The notes under the pieces are model-generated. The model was not told the DNA's origin. It ran no database searches and saw nothing but the letters and a program-made list of their open reading frames with translations. Shown one piece after another: positions 1 to 8,914 of a stretch of DNA of 64,000 bases (position 1 is its first letter; each line of letters starts with the position of its first letter). The DNA comes from Litorimonas sp. (GTDB taxonomy: Bacteria; Pseudomonadota; Alphaproteobacteria; Caulobacterales; Maricaulaceae). The translations under genes and the position numbers were made by a program. The stretch lies in NCBI GenBank assembly GCA_049673465.1, contig JBATXP010000481.1, positions 7,832 through 71,831 on the forward strand. Reading direction: 5' to 3'.

Positions 1-1448
1 GTGACCTGGTAGAACTCCACCCCTGCCTTCTCCAGCCCGAGAATGCCGATATGGCCGACATGGTGATGGCCGCAGGCATTGATGCAGCCGCTGATCTTGA
101 TCTGCATTTCGCCGATCGCCTGCTGGCGTTCATGGTCCTTGAACCGTTCGGCAATGGCCTGACTGACCGGGATGGAGCGAGCCGTCGCCAGTGCGCAGAA
201 GTCCATGCCGGGACAGCAAATGATGTCGCCGATCAGGTTGATGTTCGCATCTTCCAGTTCGGCCGCGACCAGACCGTCCCAAACGGCGCACAAGTGATCC
301 TGGCGGACATGGGCGAGCACCATGTTCTGCTGATGGGTCGTGCGAATCTCGCCGATACTGTAGGCATCCGCGAGGTCCGCCACGGCGCGCATCTGATCCG
401 CCGTGATATCGCCCGGCGCGCGGTCCGGGTCCTTCAGGCTGATGTTGACGATGGCATAGCCCGGCTGGATGTGCGGCACGACGTTGGTATCGACCCAGCG
501 ACGAAACGCCTCCGGTTGAGCCGCGAGGTCGAACGCCTTGATGTCGCTCGCATAGTCCGGAGGGGCGAAGTAGGCCTTGATCCGGTCCCGTTCCGCCTGT
601 CCCACCATGATGGTGCTGGCATCGAGGGCCTTGAACTCCTCGTCCACCAGGAAACGAAACTCCTCGATCCCGGTCTCCCGCACGAGAATCTTGATGCGGG
701 CCTTGTACTTGTTGTCGCGGCGACCGAAGCGGTTGTAAACCCGCATCGTGGCTTCCAGATAGGGCAGCAGCTCGTCCCTGGGGCAGAAGGTGCGCAGTGT
801 CTGGCCGATGACCGGAGTGCGGCCCAATCCGCCCCCGACGATGACGTGGTAGCCTACTTCGCCCTGATCGTTTCGCACGACTTCGATGCCGATATCGTGG
901 GCGCGCACCATGGCGCGGTCATGGGTCGGCGCGCCCGTCACGGCGATCTTGAACTTGCGCGGTAGGAAGGAAAATTCCGGGTGGAGCATGGACCATTGTC
1001 GCAACAATTCGGCCAAAGGACGCGGGTCTTCGATCTCATCCGCCGCCGCGCCCGCATAGGGGTCGCAGGTCACGTTGCGGATGCAGTTGCCGCTGGTCTG
1101 AATGGCGTGCATTTCCACGCTGGCGAGATCTTCCAGCATGTCCGGCACGTCGCCCAGCTTCGGCCAGTTGAACTGCATGTTCTGACGTGTCGTGACGTGG
1201 CCGTAGCCCTTGTCGTATTTGTCCGCGAGATGGGCGAGCATCCGCAACTGGTCGCTGCGCAGCGTGCCGTAGGGCACCGCGACTCGCAGCATGTAGGCAT
1301 GGAGTTGCAGGTAAAGACCGTTCATCAGCCGCAGCGGGCGAAACTCCGCCTCGCTCAGCCGACCATCCAGACGGCGTTCCACCTGGCCCCGGAACTGGTC
1401 CACGCGCGACTTCACGAAAGCCGCATCGAATTCATCGTAGCGATACAT
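1..1448 (-). CDS. cysI: Sulfite reductase hemoprotein (NirA/CysI type), N-terminal part only; gene runs off the left edge
   Basis: Absent from the ORF track (no stop in window). My translation of the minus strand from the ATG at 1448-1446 reads MYRYDEFDAAFVKSRVDQFRGQVERRLDGRLSEAEFRPLRLMNGLYLQLHAYMLRVAVPYGTLRSDQLRMLAHLADKYDKGYGHVTTRQNMQFNWPKLGDVPDMLEDLASVEMHAIQTSGNCIRNVTCDPYAG... I verified it codon by codon to about position 900; below that the read was less strict and appears open to position 1. The start overlaps the upstream stop (TGATG). Confidence 0.85.
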   Translation of the reverse strand, partial: MYRYDEFDAAFVKSRVDQFRGQVERRLDGRLSEAEFRPLRLMNGLYLQLHAYMLRVAVPYGTLRSDQLRMLAHLADKYDKGYGHVTTRQNMQFNWPKLGDVPDMLEDLASVEMHAIQTSGNCIRNVTCDPYAGAAADEIEDPRPLAELLRQWSMLHPEFSFLPRKFKIAVTGAPTHDRAMVRAHDIGIEVVRNDQGEVGYHVIVGGGLGRTPVIGQTLRTFCPRDELLPYLEATMRVYNRFGRRDNKYKARIKILVRETGIEEFRFLVDEEFKALDASTIMVGQAERDRIKAYFAPPDYASDIKAFDLAAQPEAFRRWVDTNVVPHIQPGYAIVNISLKDPDRAPGDITADQMRAVADLADAYSIGEIRTTHQQNMVLAHVRQDHLCAVWDGLVAAELEDANINLIGDIICCPGMDFCALATARSIPVSQAIAERFKDHERQQAIGEMQIKISGCINACGHHHVGHIGILGLEKAGVEFYQV

Positions 1449-1744
1449 CAGATAAGCTCGGCTGTGTCGTAGGAGGGACCATGCGTGCGGAACCGCTCGC
1501 GATAGCGCGCAGGCTGTCCGTCCACCGTGTCGATGAAGTAGGCACCGACCACCGTGTTCGCCAGTTCCGCTGCCTTGGCGACATCGTCCATCTTCTGGAT
1601 CGCCGTGTCGTCCTCGGTCAGCAGCGCATCTTCATAATCTCGCGACCAGCCGTAATCGGCCGTCATCCAGACCGATAGGCCGGAGCGGAGTTCGTTGGCG
1701 GTCATAACCTGGGGGCCTTTTCCCTTATGTTTCAACGTGCTCAT
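1448..1744 (-). CDS. DUF2849 domain protein (small protein typical of the alphaproteobacterial cysG-cysI operon)
   Basis: 98-aa ORF between cysG and cysI. ATGA overlap with the cysG stop (1741-1744) and a 1-nt overlap with the cysI start. Sequence and position resemble DUF2849. Confidence 0.7.
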   Translation of the reverse strand: MSTLKHKGKGPQVMTANELRSGLSVWMTADYGWSRDYEDALLTEDDTAIQKMDDVAKAAELANTVVGAYFIDTVDGQPARYRERFRTHGPSYDTAELI

Positions 1745-3102
1745 GACGCTTCCTTCAGGGCCTGCGCCGCCGCGCGGCGTGCATAGCCGATCATCAGCAC
1801 GGCGGGACCCTTGATGCCTTGGCGAGTCAGATCGTCGGGCAGATTGCCGATCGTGGTCTCCACGATGAGCTGGTTCGGCCGAGAGGCATTCTCGACCACC
1901 GACACCGGGGTCGCGGCATCCGCATCGTGCAACAGGAGCCGACCTTGAATGAAGCGGGCGGCGCGAAGACCCATATAGATCGTCGCGCGCGCATTCGGCT
2001 TGGCCAGCGCAGCCCAGTCGAGCTCGGCGAAGCCGTTCTCGTCATGCCCGGTCGCCAGGGTCGCCGCTATGTTCTCGCCGCGCACGGTGAGGGAGTGGCG
2101 CAGGGACGCCGCAGCCGCCGTCGCAGCCGTGATGCCGGGATGAATGGTGAAGCCGACGCCAGCTTGGTCCAGCGCCTCGAACTCCTCTTCCGCGCGCCCG
2201 AAAACCAGCGGATCGCCACTCTTGAGGCGCACCACGGACTGGCCTTCCAGCGCCTTTTCCACGATCAGGTCGTTGATGCGCTCCTGCCGCGTCGACACCC
2301 CGTCTGGGTCCTTGCCGACATAGATGTACTCGGCCTCGCGACGGCAGAGGGACAGAACCTCCTCACTAACGAGGCGGTCATAGACGACGACATCCGCGCT
2401 GTGCATCACGCGGAGCGCGCCGACAGTCAGTAGGTCGGGATCGCCCGGCCCGGCCCCGACGATGTGAACGTGACCACCGGAATCAGCTTTACCGGACCTC
2501 GCCTCGGCGTAGCGCGCCTTGACTGCATCGGAATCCAGGGCGGCGTAGTCGCCAAGCCCCGAACCCAGAACGGCCGCCCACAGTGCCTGTCGCTTGGCGA
2601 TGTCCGGTTCCTCGACCTTGAGCGCGTCGCGGAGGGTCTTGATCGTGTTCGCCGTGGCTCCCAAATCGCTTGGCAAACGCGATTCCAAATCGCTTTTGAG
2701 CGCCCGGGCGAGGCCGGGGCTCGTGCCTTCGGTGCCGATGGACACGGCCACGGGCGCGCGGTCCACGATGGCGGGGGTGATGAAGTCGCAACCGAGCGGT
2801 TGATCGGCGGCATTGACGGGAATGTTCAAGGCGCGGGCCTGCGTTGCGAGCCGTAGGTTCTCGTCCTCGTCCTCGGTCGCCGCGTATATCAGAGCGGCTT
2901 CGGACATGTCGGCCTCGCCCCGGATCGTCAGCTTGCCTTGCCCGGCCCAGCGCAGGATTTCGTCGCTCGGTTCTCGCGTGACGACGACCAGATCGGCTTC
3001 GGTCTTGAGCAGAGTCCGAAGCTTGGCCTGAGCCGCGCCCTCCCCGCCATAGACGAGAACCGTCTTGTCGCGGAGGTCGAAATGGATGGGAAGGTAGCGC
3101 AT
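1741..3102 (-). CDS. cysG: Siroheme synthase (precorrin-2 dehydrogenase/ferrochelatase plus uroporphyrinogen-III C-methyltransferase)
   Basis: The track ORF 1741..3780 is over-extended. The recognisable protein starts MRYLPIHFDLRDKTVLVYGGEGAAQAKL (ATG 3102-3100). The C-terminal half has the SAM methyltransferase motif VHIVGAGPGDPDLLTV. 453 aa. Confidence 0.9.
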   Translation of the reverse strand: MRYLPIHFDLRDKTVLVYGGEGAAQAKLRTLLKTEADLVVVTREPSDEILRWAGQGKLTIRGEADMSEAALIYAATEDEDENLRLATQARALNIPVNAADQPLGCDFITPAIVDRAPVAVSIGTEGTSPGLARALKSDLESRLPSDLGATANTIKTLRDALKVEEPDIAKRQALWAAVLGSGLGDYAALDSDAVKARYAEARSGKADSGGHVHIVGAGPGDPDLLTVGALRVMHSADVVVYDRLVSEEVLSLCRREAEYIYVGKDPDGVSTRQERINDLIVEKALEGQSVVRLKSGDPLVFGRAEEEFEALDQAGVGFTIHPGITAATAAAASLRHSLTVRGENIAATLATGHDENGFAELDWAALAKPNARATIYMGLRAARFIQGRLLLHDADAATPVSVVENASRPNQLIVETTIGNLPDDLTRQGIKGPAVLMIGYARRAAAQALKEAS

Positions 3103-3142
3103 CACGGTTGCTTTATCTCGCCAAGGTTCGCTTGATAGGACA

Positions 3143-3162
3143 GTTCGTTCTATATAACGAAC
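3143..3162. promoter_or_regulatory. Candidate operator or promoter palindrome GTTCGTT-CTATAT-AACGAAC in the divergent cysG / XRE-cupin intergenic region
   Basis: Perfect 7-bp inverted repeat with a 6-bp AT spacer. It is the only AT-rich feature in the 102-bp divergent promoter region. Confidence 0.3.
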
Positions 3163-3204
3163 AGCCCAGAAGACTTCCAGCCGAAAAAGGCTCACATAAT
3201 CGTC

Positions 3205-3828
3205 ATGCCCCGCAAAGCCCGCTCTCGCCGCGATCCCTGTCCCCGAACCGAAGCCCTGTCCGAACATCTGGGCGAGACGGTCGCGCGTCTGCGCAAGGCG
3301 GAGTCGCTGTCGCTCAGCGAGCTGTCGGAGATGTCGGGCGTCGCCAAGTCGATGATCAGCCAGATCGAGAAGAACGAGTCCAATCCGACCGTGGCGACCC
3401 TGTCCCGCCTGTCCCAGGCATTGGGAACCAGCGTAGGCGACATGTTCGCGGCGCGGGCGTCCGACTCCGCTCTCGTCCAGAAAGCTGGCATCCAGGACAT
3501 TCCCCTCATCCGCTCCGATGACGGTCTGTGCGAGATGCGCATCATCGGGCCGGCGGAAACGGTTCAGTACGTCCAGGTCTACGACTTCAAGGCCGAGCCG
3601 GGCGGCACCTTGGTGAGTTCGCCCCATCCGGACGGGTCTGTCGAAAACCTCTCCGTCCTGGACGGCGAGCTTGAGGTCAGGGTCGAGCTGGAGCGTTGGA
3701 CCGTCGGCAAAGGCGAGACGCTGCGCTACCGCGCCGACCGGCCGCACAGCATCCACAACCGGTCGGATGCGCCCGCTCACGCAACCATGGTGAACATCCT
3801 GGCGATGGCGGTCCGAGCGCCCTCATAG
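3205..3828 (+). CDS. XRE-family HTH transcriptional regulator with C-terminal cupin domain
   Basis: HTH_3-like segment LSLSELSEMSGVAKSMISQIEKNESNPTVATLSRLSQALG, followed by a beta-rich cupin-like C-terminus. Divergent from cysG. Confidence 0.75.
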   Translation: MPRKARSRRDPCPRTEALSEHLGETVARLRKAESLSLSELSEMSGVAKSMISQIEKNESNPTVATLSRLSQALGTSVGDMFAARASDSALVQKAGIQDIPLIRSDDGLCEMRIIGPAETVQYVQVYDFKAEPGGTLVSSPHPDGSVENLSVLDGELEVRVELERWTVGKGETLRYRADRPHSIHNRSDAPAHATMVNILAMAVRAPS

Positions 3829-3868
3829 CGCCTTTCGCCTTGCCAAGCGCGAGCGGCGCGCTAGTGCC

Positions 3869-5233
3869 GTGGCCCTTATGCGCTATCATTCCCATCTCGA
3901 TCCGACCGTCACGGCCGACTTCGGCGATGCGCTGCTGGCCAGTCTCGCGCCGGGCGGCGGTCTCTGGATGCCGGATGAAATCCCCAGCTTCGACAGCGAC
4001 CGATTGGCCGAGCTCGGCGCGATGAATTTCGACGATTGCGCGGCCGAACTGGCCGTTCACTTCACCGATGACCGGTTCGATCCCGCAACCCTCAAACATC
4101 TGTGCCGTGACGCGTACGACTTCGACGTTCCCATGGTCACCCTGTCAGGCGAACGGCTCGATCCCGCCATGCCACCCGATAGCGACGCGTTCATTCTGGA
4201 ACTGTTTCACGGCCCGACGCTGGCCTTCAAGGATTTCGCCGCACGTTTCATGGGTCGCGCAGCTTCACACCTCATGCAGGCGACCGGGCAGCGGCGCACG
4301 ATCCTGGTCGCGACTTCCGGCGATACGGGCGGGGCCATAGGAGACGCTTTCCTCGGCCAGGACGGGGTGGAAGTGTTCATCCTCTTTCCCAAAGGCGGCG
4401 TGTCCAGCGTGCAAGAACAACAGCTCTGCACCATCGGAGAGGCGGGCTCCAACGTCCACGCCCTCTCCGTCGAAGGCACGTTCGACGACTGTCAGGCCCT
4501 GGTCAAACAGGCCTTTGCCGACCCCGATCTCACGCGGCGCTTCGATCTGATGAGTGCCAATTCCATCAATGTCGGGCGGGTCGTCCCGCAAAGCTTCTAC
4601 TATCTCTGGGCGTCCCTGCAGGCCAAGGCGGCCTATCCGACACGCCCGCTCGTGATCTCCATTCCTTCCGGCAATCTCGGCAATCTGACGGGCGGGCTGA
4701 TCGCCCGGAAGATGGGCGCGCCGATCGAGCGCTTCGTCGTGGCGCACAATATCAACGATCCGTTCGTGGACTATCTCACAGACGGCGAATACCGTCCCCG
4801 CCCATCCATGCCGACCCTCTCCAATGCCATGGATATCGGCCGTCCAAACAATTTCCCGCGCATTCTCGACCTGTTCGGTCAGGACGCAGACGCGATCCGC
4901 GGCGCGGTCTGGGGCGCGTCGTTCGATGACGAAACCACGGCGCGGCATGTGCGTCGCATCCATGCCGAAACGGGGTATCTCATGTGCCCGCACACGGCTG
5001 TGGGTCACCTGGGAATGCAGGCATTCCGCGACGCGCACGATATGGAGGCGACATTCGTGACGGTCGGGACGGCGCACCCCGCCAAGTTCGCGGACAGCCT
5101 AGAGGCGATCATCCGCGAGGACATCCCCCTGCCCCCGCCTCTAGCCCGCGCGATGGAGCGGCCGAAGCGCGTAACCGACAGTGCGCCGAGACTGGACGCG
5201 CTCGCCGATCATCTCGCCTCCAAAGTGCAATGA
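3869..5233 (+). CDS. thrC: Threonine synthase
   Basis: PLP-lysine motif FHGPTLAFKDFAARFM and SGDTGGA. About 450 aa. The start could be GTG 3869 or ATG 3878. Confidence 0.9.
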   Translation: MALMRYHSHLDPTVTADFGDALLASLAPGGGLWMPDEIPSFDSDRLAELGAMNFDDCAAELAVHFTDDRFDPATLKHLCRDAYDFDVPMVTLSGERLDPAMPPDSDAFILELFHGPTLAFKDFAARFMGRAASHLMQATGQRRTILVATSGDTGGAIGDAFLGQDGVEVFILFPKGGVSSVQEQQLCTIGEAGSNVHALSVEGTFDDCQALVKQAFADPDLTRRFDLMSANSINVGRVVPQSFYYLWASLQAKAAYPTRPLVISIPSGNLGNLTGGLIARKMGAPIERFVVAHNINDPFVDYLTDGEYRPRPSMPTLSNAMDIGRPNNFPRILDLFGQDADAIRGAVWGASFDDETTARHVRRIHAETGYLMCPHTAVGHLGMQAFRDAHDMEATFVTVGTAHPAKFADSLEAIIREDIPLPPPLARAMERPKRVTDSAPRLDALADHLASKVQ

Positions 5234-5868
5234 CACTCGACCGCGCCGAGTTCGAAGCGCGCTACCGCTCCGGCACGCTGAAGCTCGCCCTGATCGGCAT
5301 GTCGAACATCGGTAAGAGCTTCTCCGGAATGCGGCTCGCGACGCATTACGACTTCACTCTGATCGAGGTCGATCGCCTCATCTGGGAGGCGCTCGGCGAA
5401 ACCGACATGGATGCCTTCGCGGCTTGGCAGGGACAGCCCTACAGCGAGGGCTATGCGGAGCGGGAACGCGAATCCATCGCGCGGGAGTCCGAGGCGACGC
5501 GGCGAAGCCTACGCACGGAGGCTCGCAACCCGCTGCTCGATACGACGGGATCCGTCATCTACACGGATGAGGACGTGCTGCGAAAGCTCTCGGACGATTG
5601 GTATACGGTCTATATCGAAGCCGCGCCGGACCATCTGGAGCGGCTCAAATCGCAATATTTCGCCCAACCCAAACCGCTCGCCTGGAACGGACATTACCGC
5701 AAACGGCAGGGAATGAACGAGACGGAGTCTCTTCTGGCGAGCTATCCGGACCTTTTGGCATCCCGCGCCGATGCCTACGCCGCCTTGGCCGACCGGACCG
5801 TCTCCTCAGGCGACATTCTCGTGCCCGACGTCGCGGCCCTCTTCGACCTCGTCAAGCCACCCGCTTAA
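5230..5868 (+). CDS. P-loop kinase-like protein (shikimate-kinase-fold/AAA family), function unknown
   Basis: The recognisable protein starts MTLDRAEFEARYRSGTLKLALIGMSNIGKS (Walker A GxxxxGKS). Its ATG at 5230 overlaps the thrC TGA (ATGA). The track ORF 4984..5868 is an upstream over-extension. Confidence 0.55.
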   Translation: MTLDRAEFEARYRSGTLKLALIGMSNIGKSFSGMRLATHYDFTLIEVDRLIWEALGETDMDAFAAWQGQPYSEGYAERERESIARESEATRRSLRTEARNPLLDTTGSVIYTDEDVLRKLSDDWYTVYIEAAPDHLERLKSQYFAQPKPLAWNGHYRKRQGMNETESLLASYPDLLASRADAYAALADRTVSSGDILVPDVAALFDLVKPPA

Positions 5869-6828
5869 CAGGCGACGCTGCGCGACATCGGCCAGCAGAT
5901 CGAGATGGTCTTCGCGCGCGTTCAGGCAGGGCACGGCGGTGAAATGCGTCCCGCCATGCTCGTGGAAGCTCTCTTCCGCCTCGATCGCGATCTCCTCCAG
6001 CGTTTCCAGGCAGTCCGCCGAAAAGCCCGGCATCATCACCGCGACCTTCTTCACGCCTTGGGATGGCAGCGCCTCCAGTGTCTTGTCCGTATAGGGCTGT
6101 AGCCAGGCCTTGGGGCCGAAACGGGACTGAAACGTCGTTCTGACCTCCCATGGTGTCTCGCCCAGATGGGCTCGCAAGAGGTCCGTCGTTTCGATGCACT
6201 CCGACTGGTACGGATCGCCCTTGTCGACATAGGATTGCGGAAGACCGTGATAGGACGTCATGACGAGATCCGGCGTCCAGTCCAACGTCCCCAGATGGTC
6301 CGTCAGACTATCCGCCAAGGCGCGAATGAACCCGGGCTCGCGGTAATAGTCGCGCAGCATGCGCAGCTCCGGCACGTTCCAGCGCCCGATCAGAGATTTC
6401 GCCACATCGTCATAGACCGATGCCGTCGTCGCCCCGGCATATTGGGGGTAGAGCGGCAGCACGGCGATCCGGGTGCAGCCCGCCTGCATGAGTTTGGTCA
6501 TCATGTCGGGAATGGATGGATTGCCGTATCGCATGGCCGTCTCGACCATCACTCGGTCGCCGAGCCGAGCCTGCACGCCCGCCACCTGTTCCCGCGTGAT
6601 GCGAACCAAGGGCGCTTCCTCTCCCTCTCCCCAAATTGAGGCGTAGGCTGCCGCGGACTTCTTCGGGCGCGTCCGCAGGATGACGCCATGCAGCACCGGG
6701 CACCAGATCCAGCGGGTCGTGTCCACCACGCGGTAATCGTGCAGGAACTGGCCGAGATAGCGCCGGGTCGCGTCGGGCGTCGGCGCGTCCGGGCTTCCGA
6801 GATTGACCATGAGCAGACCGACGGGCAC
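5806..6828 (-). CDS. hemH: Ferrochelatase
   Basis: N-terminal signature VGLLMVNLGSPDAPTPDATRRYLGQFLHDYRVVD. I place the start at GTG 6828-6826, which follows AGGGGGA (Shine-Dalgarno) and gives 340 aa. The track start at 6939 looks over-extended. Confidence 0.88.
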   Translation of the reverse strand: MPVGLLMVNLGSPDAPTPDATRRYLGQFLHDYRVVDTTRWIWCPVLHGVILRTRPKKSAAAYASIWGEGEEAPLVRITREQVAGVQARLGDRVMVETAMRYGNPSIPDMMTKLMQAGCTRIAVLPLYPQYAGATTASVYDDVAKSLIGRWNVPELRMLRDYYREPGFIRALADSLTDHLGTLDWTPDLVMTSYHGLPQSYVDKGDPYQSECIETTDLLRAHLGETPWEVRTTFQSRFGPKAWLQPYTDKTLEALPSQGVKKVAVMMPGFSADCLETLEEIAIEAEESFHEHGGTHFTAVPCLNAREDHLDLLADVAQRRLLSGWLDEVEEGRDVGHENVA

Positions 6829-6956
6829 GGCGTTCCCCCTGAGACCCCTAAGGTAAAAGCACCATTGATACGGGACGTTACGCTGTTTACGGACGATGTG
6901 GACATGCGGACGCGGCGGCGGTCGTGCAAGCTGCATCACCGATAGCGGAGCCTTAC

Positions 6957-8870
6957 ATGAAACGTTTTTTCCTCGCCACGGCCTGCCTTTCGGCGCTCGC
7001 GCTCGGCGCCTGTACGGACGGCCAGACGGTGGACGCCGAAGCCGCGACCGAGGAACTGACCCAGGCGGCGACGACCCCGGTCGAGACGCGCCCGACCGTG
7101 CAGGATGCGCGCGAGTTTCTGGAAGACGCCGAACAGGCCATCGTCGCCACGAATCGGGACGGGGCGCGGGCCGCCTGGATCAACGCCAACTTCGTGACCG
7201 AGGACACCAACGCGCTCGTCGCTTCGACATCGGCCCGCAGTGCGCGGCTCGCGACGCAGCTTGCCAACGCCGCGAAGCGCTTCAACGGCATCGCCCTGCC
7301 GGAGGACATGCGCCGCAAGATCGACATGCTGAAACGCGGGTCTAACTTTCCGGCGTCCAGCCGCGAGGGCGCGGCGGGAGAACTGTCCGAAATCATGGCA
7401 AGACTGGACGCGACCTATGCCACGGGCCGATTCGAGATCGACACCTCCCACCCCGAAATCGTCGGCCTGCTGGGCGAGATGGAGGGCAACACGATCGATC
7501 TCGGCCAGGCCGTTCGGTTGATGGCCAACGTTCGCGATCCCAAGCTGTTGCAACAGGTCTGGGAAGGCTGGCGCACCATCAGCCCGCCTATGAAGACGGA
7601 CTATGTCCGCATGGTCGAATTGATCAATGAAGGGGCGCAGGAGCTGGGCTATGCCGACGCTGGCGATCTATGGCGCGCGGGCTACGACATGGACGCCGCC
7701 GACTTCGCGACCGAGGTCGATCGCCTCTGGGGACAGGTCAAACCGCTCTACGACCAGCTTCACTGCTATGTGCGCGATGGGCTGAACCAGGCCTATGGCG
7801 ACGAGGTCGTGCCGCTGGACCAGCCGATCCGCGCCGACCTGCTCGGCAATATGTGGGCGCAGCAATGGGGCAACATCTACAGCGTTGTTGAGCCGTCAGG
7901 TGCGGGCGAAGGCGTGGACGTGACCCAGCTGCTCGAAGACAATGATTACGACGCGATGCGAATGGTGCGCACGGCCGACGATTTCTTCGTGTCCATGGGC
8001 TTCGACCCCATGCCCGACACGTTCTGGGAACGCTCGCTCATCACCAAGCCGCGCGACCGCGACGTGCAGTGCCACGCTTCGGCCTGGAACCTGGACGACA
8101 TCGAGGATGTTCGGATCAAGATGTGCACGGAAGTCACGGGCGAGGACTTCCAGACGGTCCATCACGAAATCGGCCACAATATCTACCAGCGCGCCTACAA
8201 GGATCAGCCCGTCTTCTACAAGGACGGGGCGAATGACGGATTCCACGAAGCCATCGGCGACATGATCGCCCTGTCCATCACACCGGAATATATGGTGGAG
8301 ATCGGCCTGCTGGATGCCGAGGACGTGCCGGGCGAGGACGCCGACATCGCCCTGCTGATGCAGACAGCCATGGACAAGGTCGCCTTCCTGCCCTTCGGCC
8401 TCCTGGTCGACAAGTGGCGCTGGCAGGTGTTTGACGGCACGCTTTCGCCGGACGACTACAATAGCGGCTGGTGGGCGCTTCGCACGCAGTATCAGGGCAT
8501 CCGGCCTCCGGCGGATCGTGACGGGAATCTGTTCGACGCCGGCGCGAAGTACCACATCCCCGGCAACACGCCCTACATGCGCTACTTCCTCGCCCACATT
8601 CTTCAGTTCCAGTTCCACAAGGCGGCGTGCGAGCTGGCCGGCTTCGAAGGTCCGCTGCACCGCTGTTCCGTCTATGGCAACGAAGAGGTCGGCAATCGCT
8701 TCAACGCCATGCTGGAGATGGGGTCGAGCAAGCCCTGGCCGGACGCGCTGGAAGCCTTCACCGGCACGCGCGACATGGACGGTTCCGCGATCCTCGAATA
8801 TTACGCACCCTTGATGGACTGGCTTCAAGAGCAGAATGAAGGTCGCACCTGCGGCTGGAGCGGCCAGTAG
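6957..8870 (+). CDS. M2-family zinc metallopeptidase (angiotensin-converting-enzyme-like peptidyl-dipeptidase), lipoprotein
   Basis: HHEIGH (HExxH) followed by HEAIGD, the M2 zinc-ligand arrangement. N-terminus [19 protein letters not shown] has a lipobox. ATG 6957 lies in frame inside track ORF 6924..8870. Confidence 0.8.
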   Translation: MKRFFLATACLSALALGACTDGQTVDAEAATEELTQAATTPVETRPTVQDAREFLEDAEQAIVATNRDGARAAWINANFVTEDTNALVASTSARSARLATQLANAAKRFNGIALPEDMRRKIDMLKRGSNFPASSREGAAGELSEIMARLDATYATGRFEIDTSHPEIVGLLGEMEGNTIDLGQAVRLMANVRDPKLLQQVWEGWRTISPPMKTDYVRMVELINEGAQELGYADAGDLWRAGYDMDAADFATEVDRLWGQVKPLYDQLHCYVRDGLNQAYGDEVVPLDQPIRADLLGNMWAQQWGNIYSVVEPSGAGEGVDVTQLLEDNDYDAMRMVRTADDFFVSMGFDPMPDTFWERSLITKPRDRDVQCHASAWNLDDIEDVRIKMCTEVTGEDFQTVHHEIGHNIYQRAYKDQPVFYKDGANDGFHEAIGDMIALSITPEYMVEIGLLDAEDVPGEDADIALLMQTAMDKVAFLPFGLLVDKWRWQVFDGTLSPDDYNSGWWALRTQYQGIRPPADRDGNLFDAGAKYHIPGNTPYMRYFLAHILQFQFHKAACELAGFEGPLHRCSVYGNEEVGNRFNAMLEMGSSKPWPDALEAFTGTRDMDGSAILEYYAPLMDWLQEQNEGRTCGWSGQ

Positions 8871-8914
8871 ACAGGGTTAACGGACCGGAAAGGGACGGGG
8901 CATAGGCTCGCCGC

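Noticed and set aside
51-1472. Long plus-strand ORFs 51..965 (304 aa) and 981..1472 (163 aa)
   Set aside because: They lie antisense to a clearly recognisable sulfite reductase frame. Their products are Arg/Ala/Gly/His-rich with no motifs, which is typical of high-GC shadow ORFs.
3143-3162. Palindrome as an alphaproteobacterial LexA (SOS) box
   Set aside because: The alphaproteobacterial SOS box is a direct repeat, GTTC-N7-GTTC. Here the arms are inverted and the spacing does not fit.
3103-3780. N-terminal extension of the 679-aa ORF 1741..3780, and similar over-extended track ORFs (4984..5868, 20116..21771, 31727..32554, 32233..32814, 34708..35211)
   Set aside because: The recognisable protein begins at an internal ATG or GTG that is often coupled to the upstream stop or preceded by a Shine-Dalgarno motif. 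The extensions overlap neighbouring genes or promoters and are low-complexity.
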